Of a DNA stretch of 64,000 nt, positions 36,723 to 46,096 are shown piece after piece. Origin of the DNA: a virus; the IMG/VR virus record IMGVR_UViG_3300046517_001051, positions 2,404 through 66,403 of that record; one strand, written 5' to 3'. How positions within the stretch are numbered: position 1 is the first letter of the stretch; each line of letters starts with the position of its first letter. The position numbers and the translations under genes were made by a program. Below the pieces are notes generated by a model. It was not told the origin of the DNA. It saw only the letters and a list, made by a program, of their open reading frames with translations, and did no database searches.

Positions 36723-37261
36723 GAGTTCTTCCTCTCGTAGTAACGGACCCTCGCCGCCCACTTCTTCGCGATCGTCTCGGCGCGCTTCAGCCGCGTCTCG
36801 GCGCGGGCGAGCATCTTCGCCGCGTGCGCTGCGCGCTCGGCCGGACGGTCGCGCACGGTGACCGGCTGCGGCTCGGGCTTGAGCCTGCCGTCGAGCCAGC
36901 CTGAGGTGATGACGAGGTTCGCCATGCGACGCTCCAGGTCGGCGTGCGCCTCGCAGTGCGGCAGCGAGCGAGGCTCAAGCGAGCGGAAGCACCAGTGTGA
37001 CACCATATGAACGAGGTCACGCCAACCGGTGCCGTCCGGTCCCCAACCGCGGCGATCGACGTTGATGCGGAGCACGCCGGAGCGGACCCAAGAGTGACGG
37101 TTGCCCGTCGTCTCCTCGATCTTCGCCGGGCACTTCACACCGGCCAGTCTGAACAACCGGCGTGCCGCAGTGCGGGCCTCGGCGAAGGTGAGTAGAGGAA
37201 CGACCTCCGGCCAGGCGCTCTTCAGCGGCTCGTAGTTGGCTGCGATCGGGTTGTCGGTCAT
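36719..37261 (-). CDS. Hypothetical protein with HxxxH...H metal-binding motif
   Basis: 'DLVHMVSHW...PHCEAH'. Confidence 0.6.
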   Translation of the reverse strand: MTDNPIAANYEPLKSAWPEVVPLLTFAEARTAARRLFRLAGVKCPAKIEETTGNRHSWVRSGVLRINVDRRGWGPDGTGWRDLVHMVSHWCFRSLEPRSLPHCEAHADLERRMANLVITSGWLDGRLKPEPQPVTVRDRPAERAAHAAKMLARAETRLKRAETIAKKWAARVRYYERKNS

Positions 37262-37912
37262 GCGAAGGCCCTCACGCAGTGCGGGACGCCCTCGGCCTCG
37301 GCCTCGGTGCGATTCAGCATGACGATGTCGCGGACCTCATAGCTGTTCTTGGCCGCCCATTTCGTCACCTCTTGGTAGGCGTGGACACCGTTCATGTAGT
37401 AACGAACACACCACATCTGCATCGCCGACTGGATCTGCTTGTTGGCGGCGAACCGGTACTTGATGCGGAAGGGGAACCGGACGCTGGGGTCCGGAGAAAT
37501 CGGGAGTTGAGTGCTCACGGCTCCTCCTGGCGCAGGACCTGCGCGGGGAGACCGATCTCGCGGGCGCGGACGACTGCCTTCGCGGCCTCGGCGGGGGTCT
37601 TGAAGACCTTGAACATCTCGCGCTTCTCAGGGCCGTAGGCGACCACGCGGCCCTCGCGCACGGCCTTCAGCGTGGTGCGGCGGAGTTGAGAGAGGGCCTT
37701 CATGCGTGCACCTCCTCTGCCTTCTCGCGCAGCTTCTCGCGGGCGAACTTCACCAGCTCGTGGTAGCTGGGACCCTCGTCGTCGTAGCGGACGAGCATCT
37801 CGACGGAGTTGAGGACGGTGGCGAGATCGTCGGTGCCGATCTCCTCGGCGATGCGGAAGGCCATCTCGTCGAACGCCTCAAGCTCTTGAGCGCTGAAGGG
37901 GCGGCGAATCAT
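37258..37912 (-). other. First three early genes (37258-37518, 37515-37703, 37700-37912)
   Basis: Strong AGGAG RBS at about 37918-37922; coupled. Confidence 0.65.
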
Positions 37913-37964
37913 GTGAACTCCTGTAAGCGACTACTGTGAAGGTCGAGGGATTCGTCCCGCGACT

Positions 37965-38044
37965 CCGACAACGTTACCTAGATCGGCTCCCGGAGCAACG
38001 CTATTTACAAGAAAGTTCTAAGTCTCGTATCTCCACGAGATTAC
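37965..38044 (-). promoter_or_regulatory. Putative early promoter TAAA-N16-GCCGATCT with upstream 27-bp spaced palindrome
   Basis: Minus strand TTGTAAATAGCGTTGCTCCGGGAGCCGATCTAGGTAACGTTGTC aligns with the 4370-4410 region. Confidence 0.55.
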
Positions 38045-38199
38045 GAGCGAAGAAAGTTCGCCGCCGGGCGGCCGGCGGGGCTCGAAGTCCTCGGACCTCC
38101 TATACGCCGATCTGCGGGCCGATCGTAGGGGGCCTACCGTTGGCCGGGGTGATCCGAGATCGTTGAGCGGCGGCCCCGTTCCGGCCGCCGCTTTTCGAC

Positions 38200-40914
38200 C
38201 TAGATCGGCGGGCGAGAGGGGTCGCCACGGCCGCGCGATCCCGGTGCGATCGGCGCCCATTGCGTCTTCGGCATCGTCACGCTGCTGCCGGCGAGGCTCC
38301 CGCCGCTCACACGCGACGGCGGTGGCGCCGCCGTTGTGTCAGAAGGTAGGCCGAGAAAGCCCGTGCCCGCACCCACGGTGCCACCGCTCGCCGCGCTCAC
38401 AGCTGCGGAGACGGTGTTGGACCAAGGACCGCGTCCGGCGAAGTTCGTCGCCGCGACCTGCATGTAGACGAGCGCACCGGGAAGCGACTGGAGCTGGTAC
38501 GTCGTCGAGCCGCCACCGAGACCCGTAGTGACGATCGTCCAGTTGACCTGATCGGTGGACCATCGCACGTCGTAGCCAGTCGTCGAGTAGTTGCCGGTGT
38601 CGGTCCAGTTCACGTTGGCGCGGGCGATGCCGACGCCCAGCGCGCTCGTCGCCGTTGGCGCCGCCTCTGGAATCACCAGCGCATTGCTGAGGGCCGGCAC
38701 GAGGTTGTCATAAGACCCCTTCATGCACCAGTCATAGATGTACTCAGCGGTCCAGAACTTGTTCCAAGCGCCGCGGCGATTCAGGGCACACTGTGCCATC
38801 AAGTAAGTGACATTGCCGTTGCCTGGGCTCCGGAAGTTCGCGTAGTCGGTGACCCGCTTCTCCAGCGTGAACACCGGCGGGACGGAGAGGAACTGAGACG
38901 TCACGTCGCTCGTGTTGCTGGCCCACGTCGCGTTCGTCCGGCCAACCGCGTTGAAGATGAACCAGTTGCCGTCCGCCATCACGCCGTTGTCGGCCGCGTT
39001 GCGCACGTAGTACGTGTTGCTCGCGAACGAGAAGCCGCCAGTCGGCGAGAACGCCTGCGACGACTTGAAGATGATGCACTCGTTGACGTACTTGAACGCC
39101 CAGAGCACGCACCGCTGGAACGTGATCAGCCCATTGATCTGGTTGCCGTTCGAGAAGTTGACACACCCGTTCTGCGACTTCAGGACGGTGTCCTGGAACG
39201 TGATCGCTCCACCGTGGAAGCTGCTGTTCAGCTGATACTGGATCTGCGACCCGGCATAGCTCGACATCACCTCGCCCGGCATCGCCGACCCGTTGTGCAC
39301 ATAGCGGTCGAGCAGCATCGTCGGGTTGTCGTGGGCCGAGCCCGTGCCGGAGTTCGGGCCACCGAGGTAGAGCGGGACGCCGCCACTACCCGCCAGGTCG
39401 ATCTCGCCCGTGCCGTCGTTGAGCACATTGCGGTAGGTGATCGACTGTGTCGCCTGGACCACGGGGCTGCCGCCGCCGTTGTTCCACCAAGCGCCCTCGG
39501 CACCGGATCCGATCGGCGACATGATGATCACGCACCGGTCCATCAGGCCACCCGGGCGCAGCATCATCTGGTTGCCCATGCAGACGCAATTGCGGATCAC
39601 GAGCCCGGTGATCGTGCGCTGGATGTAGACGTTGTGGCGATACTGCGAGTTGTTCGAGTGTGGGATGATGTAGGCCGACGTCTGGCCAGGCTGCGCGCCG
39701 TAGTACCCGTTGTTCCAGTTCTCAGAGAGAGTCAGTGTCGTCGCAGTGTTGGTAGCGATCAGCCGCCACAGGCCCGCAACCACAACCGACCGACCGGTGT
39801 GCTCGTTGACTGTCCAGGCCTTGCCGGAGTCCGTGAGCGAGCCAGCGCCAGTCGCCGTCGAGGTGCCGCTGTCACGGTCATCGAACCCCGTCCTGAAGTA
39901 GCCGTTGTGATCAAAGACGCAATTCTCGATCACCAGGCTGTCGGTGTCACTAAAGATGACGCCAGACGGATACTGGCCCGCGCCGCTGTCGACGGCGTAA
40001 CCGCCGCACTCCTGGATCGCGCTGTTGCGCAGCTTGAGACCGTTGATGCGTGCGACGTCCACACCATCCGCGTTGCCGACGGCGTAGATGCCGAAGTTGC
40101 AGTGCGCGATGTGCAGATCCTCGAACAGCCAGTTGGCCGCGGAGCCGGCCGTGTTCTGCGACAGCTCGATGCCGTGGAAGTTTCCGAGCTGCGCGCCGTT
40201 GGCGACGAAGTCGGCGTGCCGGGCCGCCGCAGTCGGCGATAGATCCAGCCCCTGGATGACCCACGTCGGGTTGTTCGTGTTCGTGTTGCAGTGGATGATC
40301 GTGTGGCCGTCCGTCGAGCCATTGAAGATCGGCCTTGCAGTCGCCGGGTCGCCATACGAACCGAGGACGTTGGCGAACGCCGTCGACAGCGCGCCGTTCA
40401 AGTTCTTGTCGAAGACGCGCGAGGTGAACGTGCCGCCGCGCTTGAACAGGACGTGGTCTCCCCACGCCGCGGCGTTCGTCACCGTCAGCGGCGTCAGCTT
40501 CGGCCCTGACCCGTGACCAGTCGTCGTGTCGACGCCGGTGTTGCCGTCGTTGCCGGCCGGGTCCACGAACCACCGGCGAGCGCCGCCAGGCTTCTGAAGT
40601 GGCTCGGTCGTCCACGTCACGCCGTTGGCATCGGAGTAGGTGAACCGCGACGCCGCAGCATACTGCGGCTCGACGGCTGCGACCCAGGTGACGTCGCTGT
40701 TCAGCTTCGCCTGATAGTAGTACGCCGTCGCCGAGCTGTTTGTCAGTACGTCGTTGTAGACGTAGCCGGTGGTCGCGTTGGTGAACGTCGTCCACCCAGC
40801 CAATCCGTTGGCGTCTAGGCTCCGCCTGATGTCGACGGACGCCCCTGCGTGACCCTCCAAGACTACGTCGATGGAGGCACTGTTGCAGAGGGGAAGAACC
40901 TTGGTGACTGCCAT
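38200..40914 (-). CDS. Right-handed beta-helix virion protein (spike/depolymerase-like) with C-terminal fibronectin-III domain
   Basis: 'WFVDPAGNDGNTG', 'GDHVLFKRGGTF', 'GSYG', 'IENCVFDHNG', 'HNVYIQ'; Fn3 'VNWT...GYDVRW...VAATNFAGRGPWS'. Confidence 0.75.
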   Translation of the reverse strand: MAVTKVLPLCNSASIDVVLEGHAGASVDIRRSLDANGLAGWTTFTNATTGYVYNDVLTNSSATAYYYQAKLNSDVTWVAAVEPQYAAASRFTYSDANGVTWTTEPLQKPGGARRWFVDPAGNDGNTGVDTTTGHGSGPKLTPLTVTNAAAWGDHVLFKRGGTFTSRVFDKNLNGALSTAFANVLGSYGDPATARPIFNGSTDGHTIIHCNTNTNNPTWVIQGLDLSPTAAARHADFVANGAQLGNFHGIELSQNTAGSAANWLFEDLHIAHCNFGIYAVGNADGVDVARINGLKLRNSAIQECGGYAVDSGAGQYPSGVIFSDTDSLVIENCVFDHNGYFRTGFDDRDSGTSTATGAGSLTDSGKAWTVNEHTGRSVVVAGLWRLIATNTATTLTLSENWNNGYYGAQPGQTSAYIIPHSNNSQYRHNVYIQRTITGLVIRNCVCMGNQMMLRPGGLMDRCVIIMSPIGSGAEGAWWNNGGGSPVVQATQSITYRNVLNDGTGEIDLAGSGGVPLYLGGPNSGTGSAHDNPTMLLDRYVHNGSAMPGEVMSSYAGSQIQYQLNSSFHGGAITFQDTVLKSQNGCVNFSNGNQINGLITFQRCVLWAFKYVNECIIFKSSQAFSPTGGFSFASNTYYVRNAADNGVMADGNWFIFNAVGRTNATWASNTSDVTSQFLSVPPVFTLEKRVTDYANFRSPGNGNVTYLMAQCALNRRGAWNKFWTAEYIYDWCMKGSYDNLVPALSNALVIPEAAPTATSALGVGIARANVNWTDTGNYSTTGYDVRWSTDQVNWTIVTTGLGGGSTTYQLQSLPGALVYMQVAATNFAGRGPWSNTVSAAVSAASGGTVGAGTGFLGLPSDTTAAPPPSRVSGGSLAGSSVTMPKTQWAPIAPGSRGRGDPSRPPI

Positions 40915-40917
40915 GAG

Positions 40918-41454
40918 CTAACTCCTTCGGCGGGACATCTCATTCAGCTGCGCAATCGCGGCGTCGTATTGCTTTCTCGGAACAACATCGTTCGTCGCGA
41001 TGCAGTCCTCCAGAACTTTGATCACTCGTGCCTGCTCGGCTGATGCCTGCTCGGCCGCCGCGACGAACTCGTTGTGGTAGCCCTTGGCCATTACATCGCC
41101 GCGGTACATCTCGTCCTGGTAGGCGCGGAGTTTGTTCTCCGCGACTTTCTTCAGGCCCAGGTCCTTCTGTGATCGATGATTCGCGTTGTGCGCATCCTGC
41201 TCGTCCTTGTCCGCGTCATCGAGAAGGCACTGGAAGCATGACGCCATCCAGTCGACCGTCTCCACGGGGAGGACGTGGAGTCCATGCTTCTCTAGCAGAT
41301 CCTTCACCTTCGCCTGAACCTCAGGCGAATCAAACGACGCGCGGCGCTCCGGTGTCAGCTCATGGTCAGTGAGGAAGCTCCCGACAAGGCGATGCTCCGC
41401 CAGCTGCCGGATCTGCCGGCGGGCCGCCATCTGCAGTGATCGTCGGAATGCCAT
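40918..41454 (-). CDS. Hypothetical helical protein
   Basis: ATG at 41454; ends next to the RBS of the spike gene. Confidence 0.55.
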   Translation of the reverse strand: MAFRRSLQMAARRQIRQLAEHRLVGSFLTDHELTPERRASFDSPEVQAKVKDLLEKHGLHVLPVETVDWMASCFQCLLDDADKDEQDAHNANHRSQKDLGLKKVAENKLRAYQDEMYRGDVMAKGYHNEFVAAAEQASAEQARVIKVLEDCIATNDVVPRKQYDAAIAQLNEMSRRRS

Positions 41455-41455
41455 G

Positions 41456-42241
41456 TTAGGCGCTCGGCCCCGAGGCGTTCCAAGGATCGAACTCAACGTA
41501 AACGCGGATGCGGCCGGTGATCGCGGTGCCGCCGGGCTGCTGGAACCGAAGGCACATGCCCGCGGAGCAGTCGAGCTTGAGGTCGCGGTAGTCCAGCGGC
41601 CACGTCACGCCGTTGGCGACGAGCGTGTTGCACTGCCACTCGTGGAGCAGCTCGCCGCCCGTCACGTCCGCCACCGTCGAGGCGACCGTCGCGATGCGCG
41701 TGCTGTAGACGCCGAGGTGGCGCAGCGACACGAGATTGGCAACAGGATTTCCAATCTGCGTTGCGCCGACGACGCCCGTGATGTTGACGTAGCGACCGTC
41801 GCGCATGCCCGCCGCCGTGATCGTGTAGGCGTCGGTGTTCTTCGTGAAGAACGGGAAGGGGTCGTGGTTGATGACCGTCGCCGTGTTCGTCGAGATCGGC
41901 CGCGCCAGGCCCTTGTTCAGGCCGGTCGTGTAGAGGATCATCGAGCCGTTCCACTTGCCGACCGTCAGGCCTGACGTGTTGGTGACGACGTCCGTGCCGT
42001 CCGACGTCGCCGTGCTAGACACGCTGCCGCCGGTGAACTCGAACAGCTGCGTCGGGTCCCAGACGGACAGCAGCAAGCTCTGCGCGTCGATGATGTTCGT
42101 GGTGATGCGCCGGATGGTGCCGGGGCAAGCTGCCACGACCGTCGCGCCGGCGACACGAGCGCCGGGGAAGAGGAAGAAACCGTCATCAGCGGCGGCGGTG
42201 AATGCAATCGTCGCCGCGGTCACGGAAAGGCAGGTGTTCAT
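41456..42241 (-). CDS. Thr/Gly-rich virion protein carrying the shared beta-module
   Basis: 'WNGSMILYTTGLNKGLARPISTNTATVINHDPF'. Confidence 0.6.
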   Translation of the reverse strand: MNTCLSVTAATIAFTAAADDGFFLFPGARVAGATVVAACPGTIRRITTNIIDAQSLLLSVWDPTQLFEFTGGSVSSTATSDGTDVVTNTSGLTVGKWNGSMILYTTGLNKGLARPISTNTATVINHDPFPFFTKNTDAYTITAAGMRDGRYVNITGVVGATQIGNPVANLVSLRHLGVYSTRIATVASTVADVTGGELLHEWQCNTLVANGVTWPLDYRDLKLDCSAGMCLRFQQPGGTAITGRIRVYVEFDPWNASGPSA

Positions 42242-42492
42242 GGGGCCACATTGAGGGTTAGGGACAGGGACTTGCCGGCGGATTCGGCGATAACGCCGAC
42301 GGTCGCGTCGCTTGGTACTTGGAACGTATGCGAGCGGTTGCCCGCGTCCTCGTAGGTCCAACCGGTTCCACCGGAAGGCATCCACGCGAGGTTGGCATGG
42401 AAGGGGAACGGCGCGCCAGCACCGACGGTGATCGTCACCGTTCCTCCCTTGGCGCACGGGTCAGGGAACTGCGAGAACCATTGAGGTGCCAT
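42238..42492 (-). CDS. Small beta-rich hypothetical protein
   Basis: GGAGG RBS; coupled to neighbours. Confidence 0.55.
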   Translation of the reverse strand: MAPQWFSQFPDPCAKGGTVTITVGAGAPFPFHANLAWMPSGGTGWTYEDAGNRSHTFQVPSDATVGVIAESAGKSLSLTLNVAP

Positions 42493-42872
42493 TACTTCTT
42501 CGCCTCCTCGGCGAGGTTGGCCAGGGCGATTCGTGCGGTCATCCCGTCATGCGTCTCCGCTCGACCAGCGATCTTGAGTGCTCGGAATGCGCGAGTAGAG
42601 ACGAGTTCGTAGACCCTGGCCGCCGCGACCCCTGGATTGATACCGGCCTCCGCCTCATCACAGGCACGCTCGAATGGCAACGACTCAGCGCGGATGCCGT
42701 CCCAAGCAGCGGCACCGATAGCGGCACAGCAACACGCAAGGATCATGACGACAGGCCAACTGCGCTTCGCGCGTCGCATGAACTCGACCGCGAGGGTGAC
42801 GGACATTGCCATTGCCGTGGCCCATCCCACGAGCATCACGAGCTTGTCGGTCATGCCTCGCCCCTGGACCAC
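42492..42872 (-). CDS. Two-TM membrane protein (holin-like)
   Basis: Two hydrophobic segments separated by RRAKR. Confidence 0.5.
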   Translation of the reverse strand: MVQGRGMTDKLVMLVGWATAMAMSVTLAVEFMRRAKRSWPVVMILACCCAAIGAAAWDGIRAESLPFERACDEAEAGINPGVAAARVYELVSTRAFRALKIAGRAETHDGMTARIALANLAEEAKK

Positions 42873-43255
42873 TACATCACCCTGCTGCTGAGGTCGAAGA
42901 TGACGGCCAGAACACCGCGCGTCCCGCTGAGCGTCCCGCGAACGAGCCAGATGTTCACCGGCAGCGCCGTCCCGTCCTTGCGGAGTGCGGACAGCGGCTT
43001 GCCGCCTGCCATCAGCTCGCCGCCAGGATCAGTTGTCAACTTGGCCCGGTTTGCCGGATGCTGGTCGCGCAACTCCGGCGGCACGAGTTGATCGACGCAC
43101 ATGCCGCGCAACTCGTTGTACTCCGTGTACCCGAATAGCCTCTCGGCCGCCGCATTGTGCCAGAGGATCGTTCCTGCCGCTCCACCGTCGACGAATAGCG
43201 CCGGAAGTCGGTCGGCCATCATCTTGGCCACGTCGCCGTCGAAGATGGGGATCAT
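42872..43255 (-). CDS. Stand-alone PAS sensor domain protein (FixL-like)
   Basis: 'GTILWHNAAAERLFGY..NELRGMCVDQLVPPELRDQH...ALRKDGTALPVNIWL...VIFDLS'. Confidence 0.85.
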   Translation of the reverse strand: MIPIFDGDVAKMMADRLPALFVDGGAAGTILWHNAAAERLFGYTEYNELRGMCVDQLVPPELRDQHPANRAKLTTDPGGELMAGGKPLSALRKDGTALPVNIWLVRGTLSGTRGVLAVIFDLSSRVM

Positions 43256-43656
43256 GATTGAGGAGGAGTCGTTCTGATTGGGACAGGGACCGCCGCAGCA
43301 ACCAGCCGTTCCAGCAGCGTGCACTTCTCGGCGAGCAGTTTGTTGTTCTCGTAGGTCAGGTCATGGCGCGATCTTTCCTGCCTGGTGAGTTCTTCTTGGA
43401 ACTTGTCTTTCTCGGCGCGCCACTGCTGCTCGCGATCCTGATTGGCTCTGTGCAGGTTCTCCAGGTCGACGCGACAACCGGTGAGTTCCAGCCGACACCG
43501 CTTCTCGCTGTCCTTCAGGGAGGCTACCTCAGTGTGGGTCACACTGACCGCAGCCTTGGTATGCTTCGCGTCGCGAAGGTCGCGGGCGCGAAGCCAACCG
43601 AAGAGCGCTACGAACGCGCCCATGATAGAAGGAAGGATGAGATCGGTGGTCGGCAT
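43252..43656 (-). CDS. N-terminal TM + coiled-coil protein (holin/spanin-like)
   Basis: Hydrophobic residues 6-22 followed by heptads. Confidence 0.55.
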   Translation of the reverse strand: MPTTDLILPSIMGAFVALFGWLRARDLRDAKHTKAAVSVTHTEVASLKDSEKRCRLELTGCRVDLENLHRANQDREQQWRAEKDKFQEELTRQERSRHDLTYENNKLLAEKCTLLERLVAAAVPVPIRTTPPQS

Positions 43657-44024
43657 TACGTGATCCCGATCTCGCCTTCACCCTGGATGGTGAGCGACGT
43701 GCCCGCAGATGCACCGCCGACGAGCACGTCAGTGGTCTCCAGTCGCAAGAGTCCGAACCAGTTGAACGTCGAGTTGGCCGCGATACTGTAGGCAGTCCCG
43801 ATGACTTCGGTGCCCGCTACGTTGCCGGCCGATGCACCGAGCCAGAGCGAGAACGTCACGGGGCCCGCCGTCTTGTTGACGATGCTGATGTGGCGCAGCA
43901 CGATGTAGGCGCCGGACGATCCTGCGTTCGTGCCACCCGCCGCAGTCGTCGGCTTCAGGATGTCCGTGGTGAGCGTGGCCGACATTGCCACCGGACCGAA
44001 ACGAAAGATCTTGTTCGCTGCCAT
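43656..44024 (-). CDS. Small virion structural protein
   Basis: Beta-rich; 'IVLRHISIVNKTAGPVTFSLWLG'. Confidence 0.6.
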   Translation of the reverse strand: MAANKIFRFGPVAMSATLTTDILKPTTAAGGTNAGSSGAYIVLRHISIVNKTAGPVTFSLWLGASAGNVAGTEVIGTAYSIAANSTFNWFGLLRLETTDVLVGGASAGTSLTIQGEGEIGIT

Positions 44025-44031
44025 GAGTTCC

Positions 44032-45747
44032 TCAGAAGTAAGAGATCACGTAGGCCGAGCCGTCGCCGCCGAGGCCACCAGCTCCACCCGCAGATGTATT
44101 GCAACCAACTCCGCCGCCTCCGCCGCCTCCGCCGCCAGACCCGCCAGCTCCGCCATCCTTACCAAGGGTGTTCGCTGTGAACGTTCCACCGCCACCGCCA
44201 CCGCCACCGCCACCGATAAGACTGTTGCCGTTGGTTCCAGGTGAGCCGACCGTTGGCGAGGCACCGCTCGTGCCCGCTGCTGCGCCACCACCAGCGGAGT
44301 AAGTCCCACTGAGCCCACCGGCTGTTGCCGCAACGGTGCCAGCGACCGTGTCACCGCCGCCGCATCCTCCAGCGCCGCCGCCATAGAGCGATGAACCGCC
44401 GACCGCATTGGCCGGAGCATTAGTATGACCACCACCTCCACCGCCTCCCCATTCAGCGTTGGCAGTCGTGACGACGCTGGCGGTGCCCTGAGCACCCTGA
44501 CCTCCGACGCAATTGGATCCGGACGTTGGACCTGGAGTTCCTCCAGGACCTGAACCCGTCGTGCCGACTCCACCGTTGGTCGCAGTTCCTCCTCCTCCTC
44601 CACCACCTCCGGCCGCGCTCGATGCTGCGCCACGGCGACCACCACCGCCGCCGCCCGCAGTCAGGCGCACCGTCGTGCCGAACGTGCTAGCTCCGCCTTG
44701 ACCACCGTCGCCACCATCAAGACCACTTGCTCCTGCAAGACCAGCAGACCCACCGCCGCCAACAACAACGGTCTCCGTTGCGCCGAGTTCAGCGGCGAGA
44801 TAGGTCATCACGTTCTTCGCGCCACCTCCGCCGCCAGCTCCTCCAGTGTGGATGTTAGCCGTGGCGAGAGACGATCCGCCTCCTCCACCGCCGCCCGCGC
44901 CCCACATGATGACTTGAACAAGTTTCGCACCAGGAGGCTTCATCCACGTCTTGGTGCCCGCGGTCGTCCACGACTGGATGTCGACGGTCGGTGTTGGCGT
45001 CTGATAGCTGACGGGATCGACGACGCTGCACCCGTCATCGCCATCGTCTTGAGACAAGAACACCGGAGGAGGCTGAGCTGACGCTGCGCTCAGCGTCGTT
45101 CCGCTCATGGATAGGCCAGCACCGAGGTCGATGTTGTCGTAGTCGCCGGCCGAGCCCGAGCGACGACCGAGGAGCAGCGACCCGCTCGGCGCCGTCTTCG
45201 CTGCCACGTCGAACGCGCCCGAGGTGACGTGGGCGAGGCCCGTACCGGTCGGCGGGGTGATGCTGGTGCCGGCCGCTCCCTGAGGGCCAGGAATCCCCAT
45301 CATGCCGTCTTCGCCGGGCTCCGCCTCAAGGAAGACTGCTGGTCCCGGCTGTCCCGGCGCCCCTGGAGCGCCCGGCGCACCAGCAGCTCCGGCCGCGCCC
45401 GCTGCTCCTGGCGTTCCCGGCTCGCCCTCGATGGCGTCTGCTTCAAGGAAGACGGCAGGGCCGACGGCGCCTTGACCGCCGGGCGCTCCGGTCGGACCCG
45501 GCGAGCCAGTCTGTCCCGGCACGATGAGCGGCGCGTCATCACCTCCCAGTGACCCTTCAAGGGTCAAGAACACCCCAAGCATCCCGGTCGGGATGTTGCC
45601 AGACGCACCGGGTGCGGGGCCGGCCAGCCAGGTTGATGCCCCAGGAACGCCTGACTGTGCTGCTGCCACATAGCCGTCGGGCGTCCCCGGCGGCGGTGAC
45701 AACACCACCGAGGCGTCGATGACCGTGGTTGGCGGATTGATCGTCAC
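44032..45747 (-). CDS. Collagen-like / glycine-rich tail fibre
   Basis: GXY repeats, repeated 'GPAVFLEA', 'WMKPPGAKLVQVIMWGAGGGGG' glycine-rich domain. Confidence 0.8.
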   Translation of the reverse strand: MTINPPTTVIDASVVLSPPPGTPDGYVAAAQSGVPGASTWLAGPAPGASGNIPTGMLGVFLTLEGSLGGDDAPLIVPGQTGSPGPTGAPGGQGAVGPAVFLEADAIEGEPGTPGAAGAAGAAGAPGAPGAPGQPGPAVFLEAEPGEDGMMGIPGPQGAAGTSITPPTGTGLAHVTSGAFDVAAKTAPSGSLLLGRRSGSAGDYDNIDLGAGLSMSGTTLSAASAQPPPVFLSQDDGDDGCSVVDPVSYQTPTPTVDIQSWTTAGTKTWMKPPGAKLVQVIMWGAGGGGGGGSSLATANIHTGGAGGGGGAKNVMTYLAAELGATETVVVGGGGSAGLAGASGLDGGDGGQGGASTFGTTVRLTAGGGGGGRRGAASSAAGGGGGGGGTATNGGVGTTGSGPGGTPGPTSGSNCVGGQGAQGTASVVTTANAEWGGGGGGGHTNAPANAVGGSSLYGGGAGGCGGGDTVAGTVAATAGGLSGTYSAGGGAAAGTSGASPTVGSPGTNGNSLIGGGGGGGGGGTFTANTLGKDGGAGGSGGGGGGGGGVGCNTSAGGAGGLGGDGSAYVISYF

Positions 45748-45750
45748 GCG

Positions 45751-46089
45751 TCAGACCCAGGCGCTGCCGTTGTATTGCTTGTTGGTGCCGGGTGAACCGA
45801 CGATGCGGGCCTCATCTCCGTCAACCGGAGACATATAGATCCACTGCGCTCCGTCCCAGAGTGCGAACTGATTGTCATGACCTGCCCACACTCCAGTCCC
45901 GCCAACGCCGACGAGCCAGACCTTCCCGATGTCAGCTGCCACAGGTGTCGCCGGCGTCGTCGTCTGAGCGATCACCTTCGTGCGTCCGTGGAGACACGCG
46001 CTCATCCACAGCAGCTCGCTGTTATGGAGCGTCGCGGCGAGCGGCTGCGGGTCGACCCAGGTCTCGAATCCTCTCGGGGTGCTTGGCAT
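45751..46089 (-). CDS. DUF2793-like tail protein
   Basis: 'WLVGVGGTGVWAGHDNQFALWDGAQWIYMSPVDG'. Confidence 0.75.
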   Translation of the reverse strand: MPSTPRGFETWVDPQPLAATLHNSELLWMSACLHGRTKVIAQTTTPATPVAADIGKVWLVGVGGTGVWAGHDNQFALWDGAQWIYMSPVDGDEARIVGSPGTNKQYNGSAWV

Positions 46090-46096
46090 CGGGGGC

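Noticed and set aside
44032-45560. GCC/CCA-rich repeats as DNA repeat elements
   Set aside because: Explained by poly-Gly and collagen coding.
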